A stretch of DNA of 62,812 bases, filler included, from Chiloscyllium plagiosum (taxonomy: Eukaryota): assembly GCF_004010195.1 (NCBI RefSeq). It is 6 parts of one record of this genome, joined end to end, with 100 filler letters (N's around TTAATTAATTAA, not from the genome) between each part and the next. Parts side by side here need not be neighbours in the genome. Positions count along the whole stretch, not along the records: positions 1 to 22,969 come from NC_057712.1; 5 more parts are not named here. One strand, written 5' to 3'. The position numbers were made by a program, and so were the translations under genes. The stretch's first letter is position 1. Each line of letters starts with the position of its first letter. This document shows positions 1 through 11,610 of the stretch, piece after piece. Below the pieces are notes generated by a model. It worked only from the letters and a program-made list of their open reading frames with translations, did not search any database and was not told where the DNA came from.

Positions 1-410
1 CTGCACACAACACTATATAGGACAAACAGGAAGACAGCTAACGATCCGCATCCACGAACATCAACTAGCCACGAAACGACACGACCAGCTATCCCTGGTA
101 GCCACACACGCAGACGACAAGCAACATGAATTCGACTGGGACAACACTACCATTATAGGGCAAGCCAAACAAAGAACAGCCAGGGAATTCCTAGAAGCAT
201 GGCACTCATCCACAAACTCCATTAACAAACACATCGACCTGGACCCAATATACCGGCCACTACAGCGGACAGCTGAAACTGATAACCGGAAGCGGCAGGG
301 ACAGGCCACTATAAATGCTGGAGGAAACACCACAGCAGTGCTTCCCAGGAGGCTCCCAAGCACTGAGGATGTCACCTAGACAGGGGACGAAACGTTTGCA
401 ACAAAAACTT
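1..410 (+). mobile_element. Penelope-like element (Poseidon-type) 3' part: GIY-YIG endonuclease C-terminus and pLTR with hammerhead-like motif
   Basis: Plus-strand translation reads CTQHYIGQTGRQLTIRIHEHQLATKRHDQLSLVATHADDKQHEFDWDNTTIIGQAKQRTAREFLEAWHSSTNSINKHIDLDPIY (YIG motif and conserved E of a GIY-YIG domain). Same family at 11013-11610, 21250-21880 and 26150-27400. Confidence 0.9.
360..399 (+). ncRNA. Minimal type I hammerhead-ribozyme-like motif (Poseidon-type PLE)
   Basis: GCA-CTGAGGA-T-GTC(ACCTAGACAGGG)GAC-GAA-ACGT-T-TGC: intact core, stem I GCA/TGC, stem II GTC/GAC, palindromic ACGT in place of stem III. Confidence 0.75.
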
Positions 411-759
411 CTATGTTCTATGTTTCTCCATGAAATAAATTCTCTAGAGTGGGAGGTGAGCAGGAAAGGGAGATAAGGCACTGATCAAAGGACCTTGCTG
501 CCCTGAGACCAATGGTGCATGATACCTCATGTGCAGGGAAAGCAGTTGGTTGGGGAGTAGGTTTCATTTCTGATCTTTAAAATGGAAGTTATTTTTGTTT
601 ATATTTCTAGAACTTTTTCTCTTTTTCTCTTTTTCTGAGAAATAACTAGTTAAGTTTTCATAGTATGCTATACTTATCTTAAGGGTAATAAATAGTTTCT
701 AGAGTTGCAGGATGGCAAGTCAGAAGGGCCAAGTGGAATGAACGTCCTGCACTATGTGG

Positions 760-1413
760 GGCATCATGGAAAAACCTCTGAGATTTACCTGTACTTCCAC
801 ACATGTCATCTACTGTGTCTGTTACTCTCGGTATGGTCTTCTCTACACTGGGGAGACAGGACGCTAACATGTGGAACATTTCAGAGAATATCTCTGGGAC
901 ACACACACAAAACAACCCCACTGCCCTGTAGCCAAACACTTCAACTTCTCCCTCCACTCTGCCAAGGATATGCAAGTCCCTGGGACTCCTCCAGCACCAA
1001 ACTCTAGCTACCTGACACTCAGAGGAAGAACGCCTCATCTACTGCCTTGGGACCCTCCAACCACATGGGATTAAGGTAGATTTCACAGTTTTTTCATTTC
1101 TCCTCCCCCCAACTCAGCACTGCCTTCTTGAACTGTCCTCCCTGTTCATCTTCCTTCCTACCTATCCATTCCACCCTCCTTTCTGACCTATCACCATCAC
1201 CCCTACCTCCATGCGCTTATCGCATTCCCAGCTACCTTCCCCCTAGCCCTACCCCCTCCCATTTATCTCTCAACCCCCTTGGCCACTCCCTTATTCCTGA
1301 TGAAGAGCTTATGCTCAACTCTCGTGCTCTTTGGATGCTGCCTGACCAGATGTGCTTTTCCAGCACCACACCTTTTGACTCTGATCGCCAACATCTGCAG
1401 TCCTCACTTCCTC
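760..1413 (+). mobile_element. Decayed Penelope-like element (Neptune-type) 3' part: GIY-YIG remnant, pyrimidine-rich 3' UTR, terminal repeat
   Basis: Frameshifted FTCTSTHVIYCVC...GLLYTGET...PVAKHFNFSLHS; partial hammerhead core CTGATGA-A-GAGC-TTAT-GCTC at 1297-1316; terminus ...CATCTGCAGTCCTCACTTCCTCC shared with the short elements. Confidence 0.8.
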
Positions 1414-1419
1414 CCCATA

Positions 1420-2050
1420 CTAACCAAGACCCTATCTGTCTTAAATACACTCAATGAATTGGCCTCCACAGCTCTCTGTTGCAATGAGTTCACATAATCT
1501 GGCGAAAGAAATTCCTCTTCAGCTCAGTTTTAAAGGGTTGCTCTTCATTCTGAGGTAATGCCTTCTGGCTCCAGTCTTTCCTGCTCATGGAAACATCTTC
1601 TCCATTTCCACTCCATCCAGGCCTCTCAGTATTCTGTAAGTTTCAGTCAAATTCCCCATCATCCTTCTAAACACCATTGAGCACATACCCAGAGTCCTGA
1701 ACCGCTCCTCAAAAGACAAGCCTTTTATCCCCAGGATCATTCTTGTGAAGTTTCTCTGGATCCCCTCTAGCGCCATCACATCCTTCCTTAGATAAGGGGC
1801 CGAAACTGCTCACAATATTCCAAATGCAGTCTAACCAGTCTTAATTTGGAGATGCTGGTGTTGGACTGGGGTGTACAAAGTTAAAAAGCACACAACACCA
1901 GGTTATAGTCCAACAGGTTTAATTGGAAGCACTAGCTTTCGGAGTGCCGCTCCTTCATCAGGTGATTGCCTAACCAGTCTTACTCTTGTATTCTAGCCCT
2001 CTCAAAATAAATACTAACATTGCAGTTACCTTTTTAACTGCCAATTGAAC
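1420..2050 (-). mobile_element. CR1 LINE ORF2 3' fragment, interrupted by a short PLE-derived insertion
   Basis: ORF 1585-1779 LEGIQRNFTRMILGIKGLSFEERFRTLG is typical CR1 ORF2 C-terminus. Confidence 0.85.
1844..1969 (-). mobile_element. 126-bp solo PLE terminal repeat (family C) with hammerhead-like motif
   Basis: Perfect 13-bp TSD CTAACCAGTCTTA (1831-1843, 1970-1982). Minus strand 1964-1930 reads CAC-CTGATGA-A-GGAG-CGGCA-CTCC-GAA-AGCT-A-GTG. Confidence 0.8.
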
Positions 2051-2767
2051 TTGGGGGTGAGTGCTTTGACCCCAGTTAACCTGCCTCAACAATCTTTACA
2101 AATATACCCGTACTCTCAACTTCCTCAGATAGCATACGATTCTCCCACCAACCTCCCCATCACAAAGATATGTTTTTCTTTTATTTGCTTGTGGGATTTA
2201 TTGCCCTTCCCTAATTGCCCTTCAGAAGGCAATGATGGATTTGCTCCACCCCATGTCAACCTCAGCCTCTGACATTGCCAGGCTTCCAAAGCATATGCAA
2301 ATCTCAAGCCACTGAACACTGTGCCACCACTCCCCAATTCCATACCTTCTATAGCCCTCAAAGGCTCCTAATTTCAGCTTGGTCAGAAAGTAAAATTCCA
2401 AACCTCTCTTTGTCACCCTAAGTCTGTGCAGGTCCGATTGAATGTCATTAATTGCATTGTCATTAATTAGAATAGTTATATTTTCTAACTATAAGGAAAG
2501 CACAGGAGAGATTAGTTTAATCCTGTGCATTAAAGTTGCACAATTTCCTTCTAATCCACCAATTGCTACATGAAGGAGAACAAGGGCACCAGGTACATGG
2601 GAATACCACTATCTGTAAGTTCCCCTCCAAATCATTCACCATCCTAACTTGGAAATATATCACTGTTCCTTCAGTCTACTGGGTCAAAATCCTGGAACTT
2701 CCTTCCTCTCAGCATTGTGGCTATTTCTACACCCAAAGAGCTGCAGCAGTTCACCATCACCTTCTCC

Positions 2768-3250
2768 ATGACAAAGTTAAAAATCACACAATACCAGGTT
2801 AGAGTCCAACAGGTTTATTTGGAAGTGCTAGCTTTGGGAGCACTGCTCCTTCATCAGGTGAATTCTCCTCCATAAGTCACAGAATTTATAGTAAAAGTTT
2901 CAGTGTCATGTAACATGAAATGATATACAGAGAAACTTTAATTATCCGAATGTCAATTATCCGAATTTCAAACAAAATCGCAAGGACCTAATGCTTGGCT
3001 AAACTGTGTTATCTGGCATTTGATTATCCAAATAAAATACTTCCTGCCCGAGACATTCGGATAATTGAAGTCCCTCTGTATTGAACAACCTAGATTGCTG
3101 TCAAGTCTTTCATCTTTTAGAAATGTTTGAAGGTTTTGGTTCATTAATATGTAAATCCAAGAATTTCTTTTAAGTCACATTCTTGAGATAACTTGAAGTT
3201 TTATTTTTAAAAAAATGACATGTCAGCTCAGTCAATGCATTAAAGGACCA
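2768..3250 (-). mobile_element. Family C PLE terminal fragment carrying a nested MITE
   Basis: 2770-2860 matches 1876-1964, but the core GAAA is mutated to CAAA. It interrupts an older LINE 3' tail (about 2540-2770, resuming about 3255-3310). Confidence 0.65.
2928..3078. mobile_element. 151-bp MITE, Tc1/mariner (pogo/Tigger-like) type
   Basis: 27-bp TIRs CAGAGAAACTTTAATTATCCGAATGTC / CAGAGGGACTTCAATTATCCGAATGTC (3 mismatches), TA on both flanks (2926-2927, 3079-3080), internal ATTATCC repeats. Confidence 0.85.
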
Positions 3251-3310
3251 CATCATGTTCTCAGGGACAATGTGGGATGGGTAATAAATGCTTGCCTCGC
3301 CAGTTAAATA

Positions 3311-3477
3311 TCACCTTTTATCTTAGCCTGCTGGACAAACTTTCCTCATTCCTGAAGAAGGGCTTATGCCCGAAACGTCGATTCTCCTGTTCCCTGGATG
3401 CTGCCTGACCTGCTGCGCTTTTCCAGCAACACATTTTCAGCTCTGATCTCCAGCATCTGCAGACCTCACTTTCTCCT
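3311..3477 (+). mobile_element. 167-bp solo PLE terminal repeat (family A) with hammerhead-like motif at 3348-3383
   Basis: 16-bp TSD with one mismatch, CCT(C/A)GCCAGTTAAATA (3295-3310, 3478-3493). Motif ATTC-CTGAAGA-A-GGGC-TTAT-GCCC-GAA-ACGT-C-GATT. Confidence 0.85.
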
Positions 3478-3509
3478 CCTAGCCAGTTAAATACACATTC
3501 CTTTACAAT

Positions 3510-5385
3510 AGAAAAACAGAGAACAAAGAACAAAGCATAGGAACAACCCTCCAAGCCTGAGCTGACAAATTTTGCCCTTCCATATTAAAACTGTCATCAC
3601 TTATAGGATCCATATCCTTCTCTTCCCTTCCTATTCATGTATTCATCCAGGTGCTTACTGAACTTTGCTATTGTGTCTGCTTCCACCACCTCCTCTAGCA
3701 GTGATTTCCAGGCTCTCACCATGCTTTGTTTGACTCGCACATCTCTTTTAAATTTCCCCCCTCGTATCTTGAACCTGTGTCCGGTAATAATTGACCTCTC
3801 CATCCTGGGAAAAAGCTTCATCATTTCCACCCTATCCATGCCATTCACAATCTTACAAACTTCTATCAGGTGACCTCACAACCTCCTGGGTTCTAGTGAA
3901 AACAAACCCAGTCTATCCAATATTTCTGCATAGGTAAAATTTCCCCATACCAGGCAACAGCCTGGTAAACCTTTTCTGTAACATCTCCAAAGTCCATATC
4001 CTTCTGGTAGCGTGGTGACCAGAACCTGCTTTGCAGGCAATATTCCAAGTGTGACCTAACAAAAGTTCTATAAAACTGCAGCAATAACTTGTCTATCCTT
4101 GTACTTAATGTCCCTTCCAATCAAGGCAAGCATGCCACAGGCCTTTTTAACTACCTTATCTACCTTATCACCTTCAGTGATCTATGGACTTGCACACCCA
4201 GATCCCTCTGCATATAAGCACTCCTAAGGATTCTGCCAGTCATTGTATAATTTCCACCTGTACTTGACTTTCCAAAATACATCACCTTGCATTTGTCTGG
4301 ATTAAACTCTATCTGCCATTTTTCTGATCATGCCTCCAAATAATCTATATCCGACTGTATCCTCTGACAATCCTCCTCACTATCTACAATTCCACCAATC
4401 TTTGTATTGCCCACAAACTTACTAATTAGATAAGGTATGGTCCAAATTATTTGTGTGGATCATGAACTGTAGAGGTCCCAGCACTGATCCCTGTGGAATA
4501 TCATTAGTCACAGCCCTCCATTCTGAAAAGCATCATTCCACTGCTTCCCTCGGTCTACAATGACTAAGACAGTTCTCCACCCATCTTGCCAGCTCACTCC
4601 TGAAACCATGTGACTTCATCTTTTGTATCAGTCTGCCATGAGGGACCTTTGCTGCATGTAGACAACATCAACCGCTTTTTTCCTCATCAATCATCTTCAT
4701 CACCTTCTCAAAAAAACTCAATCAAATTAGTGAGGTATGACCTCCCCTACACAAAACCATGCTGTCTATCGCTAATCAGTCCATTTGCTCTTAAATGCGT
4801 ATGGATCTTGTCCCTGAGAATCTTTTCCAATAATTTCTCTATCACCGACTTCAGACTCACAGGCCTGTAATGTCCTGGATTATCCCTATTACCATTCTTA
4901 AACAATGGGACTACATTGGCTATCTTCAGTCCCCTGGGACCTCACTTGTGACCAAAGAGAATACAAAGATGTCTGTCAATGCTACAGCAATTGGTTCTCT
5001 TGCCTTCCTCAACATTCTGGGATAGATCCCATCAGGAGCCAGGGACTTATCTACCTTCATACTTTTCATGTTGCACAACATCCCTTCCTTTTTAATAGCA
5101 ATTTGGCTTAGAAATTCGACACTCCCGCCCCGGAGATCATCCTCCAACAATTCCTTCTCTTTGGTGAATACAGAAACAAAGGACTCATTTAAGACCTCAC
5201 CCACCTTTGCTGGCTCCACACATGAATCTTCTCCTTTGTCCTTTAGTGGTCTAATCCTTTCCCGGCTACCCTCTTGCTTTTTATAAATGCATAAAAATCT
5301 TTTGGATTTTCTTTAATCCTGTTTGCTAATTACTTTTCACGACGCCTTTTAGCCCTTCTAATTCCTTGCTTAAGTTCTTTCCTAT
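3510..5385 (-). mobile_element. CR1 LINE, 5'-truncated and decayed (ORF2 RT region to 3' tail)
   Basis: ORF fragments LNESFVSVFTKE...KVDKSLAPDGIYPRMLRKAREPIA, YRTFVRSHLEYC, GHRFKIRGGKFKRDVR. Confidence 0.9.
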
Positions 5386-6043
5386 CTTAGAGGCTACATT
5401 TTTCAACGCTGAAATGTACTAATGTACTTTAGGGAATTCTGCAAGCTGTGCTCACTCAGAACACTTCTGCCAAATTTTCAGGAAAAGTAGTCCAGATAAA
5501 GTTCAAACTTGGAGGCATGTTGAGGCTTAGAAGTAAAAATGTGAAAGGAGGGAATAAAAGACACAGAAAAATGTAACTAATTAATGATTTAATTGTGAAA
5601 TATGCATTTTTTCTGGATTTTATCTAAAATCTATCTTCAGAAATCTCAATTATGCAAAAGTGGACTTTTTCTCAAAAAAGCATTTTAAATTCCTTGGTGG
5701 CTTATTGGTAAACAGTGAAAACTGATAATTATATGGAGAAATACCATCAAAAAGTAATTACATTGGTACCTTCAGTTTTAAACATTGACAAAATTAATTA
5801 GCCAAAATGGTGCCAAAAAGATATTAGGTTCATGGACAGGACACGTGAAAGATTTTTGAATAATATATGTATGGTTAGGAAGATAACATATGTATATATT
5901 AATGCTTTATTAATGATAAAGAAGGGAAGGGGGAATTCATTTCCTGAATGATGATGGATTAAACTTTTTTTTTAATTAAGAAAAATCAATCACCCACAAA
6001 ATCCTACAAAGTTTTCATTCATTATTTATAGCTATTTCACTTA

Positions 6044-6214
<171 letters not shown>

Positions 6215-7154
6215 CTAACAAAAGAAAACAGTGAAACATGGCATATATCAAGATTTAAACACAGTGCAGAACAAGTTTCTGTTGATCTGTGTTTGAATGC
6301 TACTATTTCGCTAATTCAATTATACAATGAAATCAGAAGTCATCACATAAGGCAATCAGACCATTTCAGCTGACTTGACACATTCTAACTGTCAAATTAA
6401 TAGCATTAGTTTGATAGGAAGATGATGAAGTCATTCAGTTGCTCAAACATACTCTACCATTTCAGATCATGACCTTAGCAATATATTTCCACACTATTCA
6501 CAGTATTGAATGATAAGGAAGCACTTGTGTTGAAGAGAGGTTTAAAATCAGAGCTTCAACATGACATGTCAAAAAATGTATTTAATGATCTTCCATAGCT
6601 AACCCCTGTATGTTATCAACTTACATTTGAAAATACAAATCAGCCAAGATTATAAAACTTGCAATATTCATAACCAGCAATAAATAGGCACACAAATCAA
6701 TGCTGTAAAATGAACCAAAGCCATTGATTAACACAGCAATCATGGTCAATTACTGTTACTGATAAAACGTGTCAACATTTTTCAGTGACTAATTTGCGAT
6801 TCTCAAGTAGAACTTGAACAACCTATATGATTTTCTGAAATAAATGTGCTAAAAACAACACTGCTGCAGAACCCCAAATCAGAATCACATGAGAATTATT
6901 TACAGATGATGCTAAATTATGAGGCATTTATTGGCTGGGTATTAATTCCTGGAAAGGTTTGGAAGATTGTGTACTTTTGAATGGATTCTAAGGACACCTA
7001 ATTAAGCAGCTGAGGGAGAAAGAAATAGAAGGCTATGTTTGATAGAGTGAGATCAAGTAAAATGTGAGCAGATATAAGGGGAACACAGCATTGACTTGGA
7101 TCTGTTAGGTTGAATGGCCTCTTTCTGTGCTGCAAAATTTTAGACACTTCCATG

Positions 7155-9500
7155 GAAGTGTTAGGGTGAGATGTGAAGGCTCACTTAGGGTGATTGAGAG
7201 TTACAAGGTAGCCAAGAAAGACCAAAAGAGAGAGCTATGACGAGCGAGGAAGGGACATGAGAAGTTGTTGGCGGATAGGATCAGGGAAACTCTAAAGCTT
7301 TCTATAGGTATATAAGGGATAAAAGAATGATGAGAGTAAGATTAGGGCCAATCAAGGACAGTGGTGGGAAGTTGTGTGTGGAGTCAGAAGAGATAAGGGA
7401 AGCACTAAATGAATATCTTCCATCAGTATTCGCAATGGAAAAAGACAATGTTGTCGAGCAGAATGCTAAGAAACAGGCTATTGGGCTAGATGGGATTGAA
7501 GTTCGCCAGGAGGTGGTGTTGAAAATTCTGGAAAGTGTGAAGATAGATAAATCCCCTGGGATGGATGGGATTTATCCTAGGATTCTCTGGAAAGCCAAGG
7601 AGGAGATTGCTGAGCCTTTGGCTTTGATTTTTATGTTGTCATTGTCTACAGGAATAGTACCAGAAGACTGGAGGATAGCAAATATTGTTCCCGTGTTCAA
7701 GAAGGGGAGTAGCGACAACCCTGGTAATTATAGACCAGTGAGCCTTACTTCAGGTGTAGGTAAAGTGTTGGAGAAATGTTTATAATCATCTCGATAGGAA
7801 TAAGTTGATTAGGGATAGTCAACACAGTTTTATAAAGGGTAGGTCATGCCTCACAAACCTTATTGAGTTATTTGAGAAGGAGACTAAACAGGTGGATGAG
7901 GGTAAAGTTGTCGATGTGGTGTATATGGATTTCAGTAAGGTGTTTGGTAAGGTTCCTCACAGTAGGCTACTGCACAAAATACGGAGGCATGGGATTGAGG
8001 GTGATTTAGCGGTTTGGATCAGAAATTGGCTAGATGAAAGATGACAGAGGGTTGTGATTGATGGGAAATGTTAATCCTGGAGTTCAGGTTCTAGTGGTGT
8101 ACCGCAAGGATCTGTTTTGGGTCCACAGCTGTTTGTCATTTTTATAAATGACCTGGATGAAGGTGTAAAAGGATGGGTTAATAAATTTGTGGATGACACT
8201 AAGGTCGGTGGAGTTATGGACAGTGCAGATGGATATTACAGGTTACAGAGGGGACACAGACAAGCTGCAGAGCTGGGCTGAGAGGTGGCAAATTGAGTTT
8301 AATGCAGAAAAGTGTGAGGTGATTCACTTTGGAAGCAGTAACAGGAATACAGAGTACTGGGCTAATGGTAAGATTCTTGGTAGTATAGATGAGCAGAGAG
8401 ATCTCGGTATCCATATTCATAGATCCCTCAAAGTTGCCACCCAGTTTGATAGGGCTGTTAAGAAGGTATACGGGCGTGTTAGGTTTTATTAGTAGAAGGA
8501 TCGAGTTTCGGAGCCACGAGGTCATGCTGCAGCTGTACTAGACTCTGGTCTGGCCGCACTTGAAATATTGCGTGCAGTTCAGGTCACCGCATTATAGGAA
8601 GATGTGGAAGCTTCAGAAAGAATTCAGAGGAGATTTACCAGGATGTTGCCTGGTATGAAGGGAATGTCTTATGAGGAAAGGCTGAGGGACGTGAGGATGT
8701 TTTCGTTACAGACAAGAAGGTTGAGAGGTGACTTAATAGAGACATATAAGATAATCAGAGGGTTAGATAGGGTGGACAGGGAAAGCCTTTTTCCTAGGAT
8801 GGTGATAGCTAGCATGAGGTGGCATAGCTTTAAATTGAGGGGTGATAGATATAGGAGGAGAAAGTGAGGTCTGCAGATGCTGGAGATCAGAGCTGAAAAT
8901 GTGTTGCTGGAAAAGCGCAGCAGGTCAGGCAGCATCCAGGGAACANNNNNNNNNNNNNNNNNNNNNNNNNNNNNNNNNNNNNNNNNNNNNNNNNNNNNNN
9001 NNNNNNNNNNNNNNNNNNNNNNNNNNNNNNNNNNNNNNNNNNNNNNNNNNNNNNNNNNNNNNNNNNNNNNNNACCTCTTTCCACCTATCACATTTCTGAC
9101 GCCCCTCCCCCAAGTCCCTCCTCCCTACCTTTTATCTTAGCCTGCTGGACAAACTTTCCTCATTCCTGAAGAAGGGCTTATGCCCGAAACGTCGATTCTC
9201 CTGTTTCCTGGATGCTGCCTGACCTGCTGCGCTTTTCCAGCAACACATTTCCAGGGTGATAGATATAGGACAGATGTCAGGGGTAGTTTCTTTACTCAGA
9301 GAGTAGTAGGGACGTAGAATGCACTGCCTGCAACAGGTGCACACTCGTCAACTTTAGGGGCATTTCAATGGTCATTAGATAGGCATATGGACGAGAATGG
9401 AATAGTGTAGGTCCGATGGGCTTCAGATTGGGTCCACAGGGTGGCGCAACATCGAGGACCAAAGAGCCTGTACTCCGCTGTAATGTTCTATGTTCTATGG
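7155..9500 (+). mobile_element. CR1 LINE, 5'-truncated, frameshifted ORF2 through the (TTCTATG)n tail
   Basis: ORFs 7327-7785 (KSPGMDGIYPRIL...GNYRPVSLTS), 7805-8044 (GRSCLTNL...DVVYMDFSK), 8187-8492 and 8604-8867; tail GTTCTATGTTCTATG at about 9485-9499. Confidence 0.95.
8857..9253. mobile_element. Family A PLE terminal insertion with two inverted arms, inside CR1; contains gap 8946-9072
   Basis: Perfect 17-bp TSD GGGTGATAGATATAGGA (8840-8856, 9254-9270); left arm is the reverse complement of the right-arm terminus; intact motif at 9162-9197 (+). Confidence 0.85.
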
Positions 9501-10009
9501 AATCCAGTACAGTTCAAAATGACAGCTGCAGTACCAGTGCCAAACCCCAGTTTCTATAAAATAGATCACGTTACAGCTGAGGGAGGAAGAAGACCTTATT
9601 TGATGAATGACCAGTTGTTGTAAGGATGGTAATTATTTATATGTAAGTAAAAACATGAAAATAACAACTGCAATATTCTATTCAGAATGCCATGTCAATC
9701 AACTCTGTCATGAAATGATCATTCTTTGTCCAAATCACACTGTATCCACTTTGCCCCTCTCACAATCAGTGCAAACTAACTTATTCTTGGTCTGCTGTCT
9801 CTTCTCCAGAAATTCTCTCCCAACAAGAACCAAGCCTGTCAATTAGGCTGGCTCTCACACAGGGAAGCCCTTTTTTAAAAAAAACCTGCATTGCTTTGGG
9901 TTAAAGCTCCATAAATGCAGTTGAATGCCAGGCATGAATTTCTCTCCCAGGCTTGTATCAGGGCCAACATTTCTGTGAAATAAAAATTATAATTGAAAAC
10001 AATATGAGG

Positions 10010-10455
10010 AGTAGTTGAGGACTCTGGGGCTGACACAGTTTAGAAAGATGAGTGGTGGTCTCATGGAAGCTTCAGAATACTGAGAGGCGTGGATAGAATG
10101 AACATGGAGTTGATTTTTCCACTTGTAGGAGAGACTAGGGACCCGAGGGCACAGCCTCAGAACGAAGGCAAGATCGCTTAGGACTGAAGAATTTCTTCTC
10201 CAGAAGGTGGTAAATCTGTGTAATTCGCTTCCACATCAATGAGTGCTTTTAAGACAGAAATTGATAGATTCTTGATTAGTAAGGGGATAAAAAGTCATGG
10301 GAAAAGGGAGAAGAATGGGATTGAGAAACATATCAGAGTAAGAGTGTGGTGCTTTTCCAGCATCTGCAGTCCTTACTTTCGCCTTGAGAAACATATCAGC
10401 CATAATTGAATGATGGAGCTGACTCAAAGGGCTGAATAGCCTAATTCTGCTTATT
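10010..10455 (+). mobile_element. CR1 3' fragment with small PLE-terminus insert (about 10335-10385)
   Basis: CR1 3'-end motifs (TTCTTCTCCAGAAGGTGG..., GGGCTGAATAGCCTAATTCTGC); TTGAGAAACATATCAG duplicated around the insert. Confidence 0.7.
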
Positions 10456-11012
10456 GAAGTTGATCATTACATGCCTTTGAACTTCAAATGCAATACAATC
10501 ACTTTTTAATGCAACTTTGAGAAACATCTTCATGTCTTCCCAGAGCTTCTTGACTGGCTAGTGCTGAGCCTGAGATTAATTTCTCTTCCCTTTCTATCAT
10601 CAAGTTGGTGCTCCATGGCTACTATACATTGCGTAGCAGGTGATCATTGAGATATCATGACTGCCTAAGGAATAAGCACACTTCACTCTCTATTTTGCCT
10701 TCTTTGAATGTTCTCTTGCTTATCCAGAGCCAACAAACACAGTAATTTCAGCAACAGCATACCCATTATTCCATGAAGTACTTCTGGACAAACACCTATG
10801 AATAGAAAATGGGGAAGGGGGAGGGAAGGAAAATACGGAGTCTACTAGAAAAGTTATGGTAAGGAAAGTTGCCTGAATGTGAAACATAACAATTTCAGGT
10901 AGTAAGACTAAGTTTAATTCAGTAAAAGGTAAAATGGAGATTTGCATTTGCAATCTGGGGATAAAAAGAGTAGTGCAAATCAATTAGCCCTTCACAATAT
11001 TCACGCATTTTT

Positions 11013-11610
11013 GCTGTGGTTCTGTTCGCCGAGCTGGAAGTTTTTGTTGCAAACGTTTCGTCCCCTGGCTAGGCGACATCATCAGTGCTTGGGAGCCTCC
11101 TGCGAAGCGCTTCTTTGATGTACAAAATACCATGCAAGGACTTCTGTCCCTGCCGCTTCCGGTTGTCAGTTTCAGCTGTCCGCTGTAGTGGTTGGTATAT
11201 TGGGTCCAGGTCGATGTGTTTGTTGATGGAGTTTGTGGATGAATGCCATGCCTCTAGGAATTCCCTGGCTGTTCTCTGTCTGGCTTGACCTGTGATAGTA
11301 GTGTTGTCCCAGTCGAATTCATGTTGCTAGAGGCATGGCATTCATCCACAAACTCCATCAACAAACACATCGACCTGGACCCAATATACCAACCACTACA
11401 GCGGACAGCTGAAACTGACAACCGGAAGCGGCAGGGACAAGCCACTATAAACAGCGGAGGAAACATCAAAGAAGCGCTTCGCAGCAGGCTCCCAAGCACT
11501 GATGATGTCGCCTAGCCAGGGGACGAAACGTTTGCAACAAAAACTTCCAGCTCGGCGAACAGAACCACAGCAACGAGCACCCGAGCTACAAATCTTCGCA
11601 CAAACATTGA
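11013..11610. mobile_element. Palindromic (inverted, rearranged) Poseidon-type PLE insertion with hammerhead-like motifs on both strands
   Basis: Left arm minus and right arm plus orientation; motifs at 11049-11088 (-) and 11496-11535 (+): GCA-CTGATGA-T-GTC...GAC-GAA-ACGT-T-TGC. 12-bp TSD with one mismatch, TCAC(G/T)CATTTTT (11001-11012, 11611-11622). Confidence 0.85.

Noticed and set aside
3318..3554. Recurrent peptide CCWKSAAGQAASREQENRRFGHKPFFRNEE as a small multicopy gene family
   Set aside because: It is the antisense translation of the family A PLE terminal repeat; the copies are TSD-flanked insertions.
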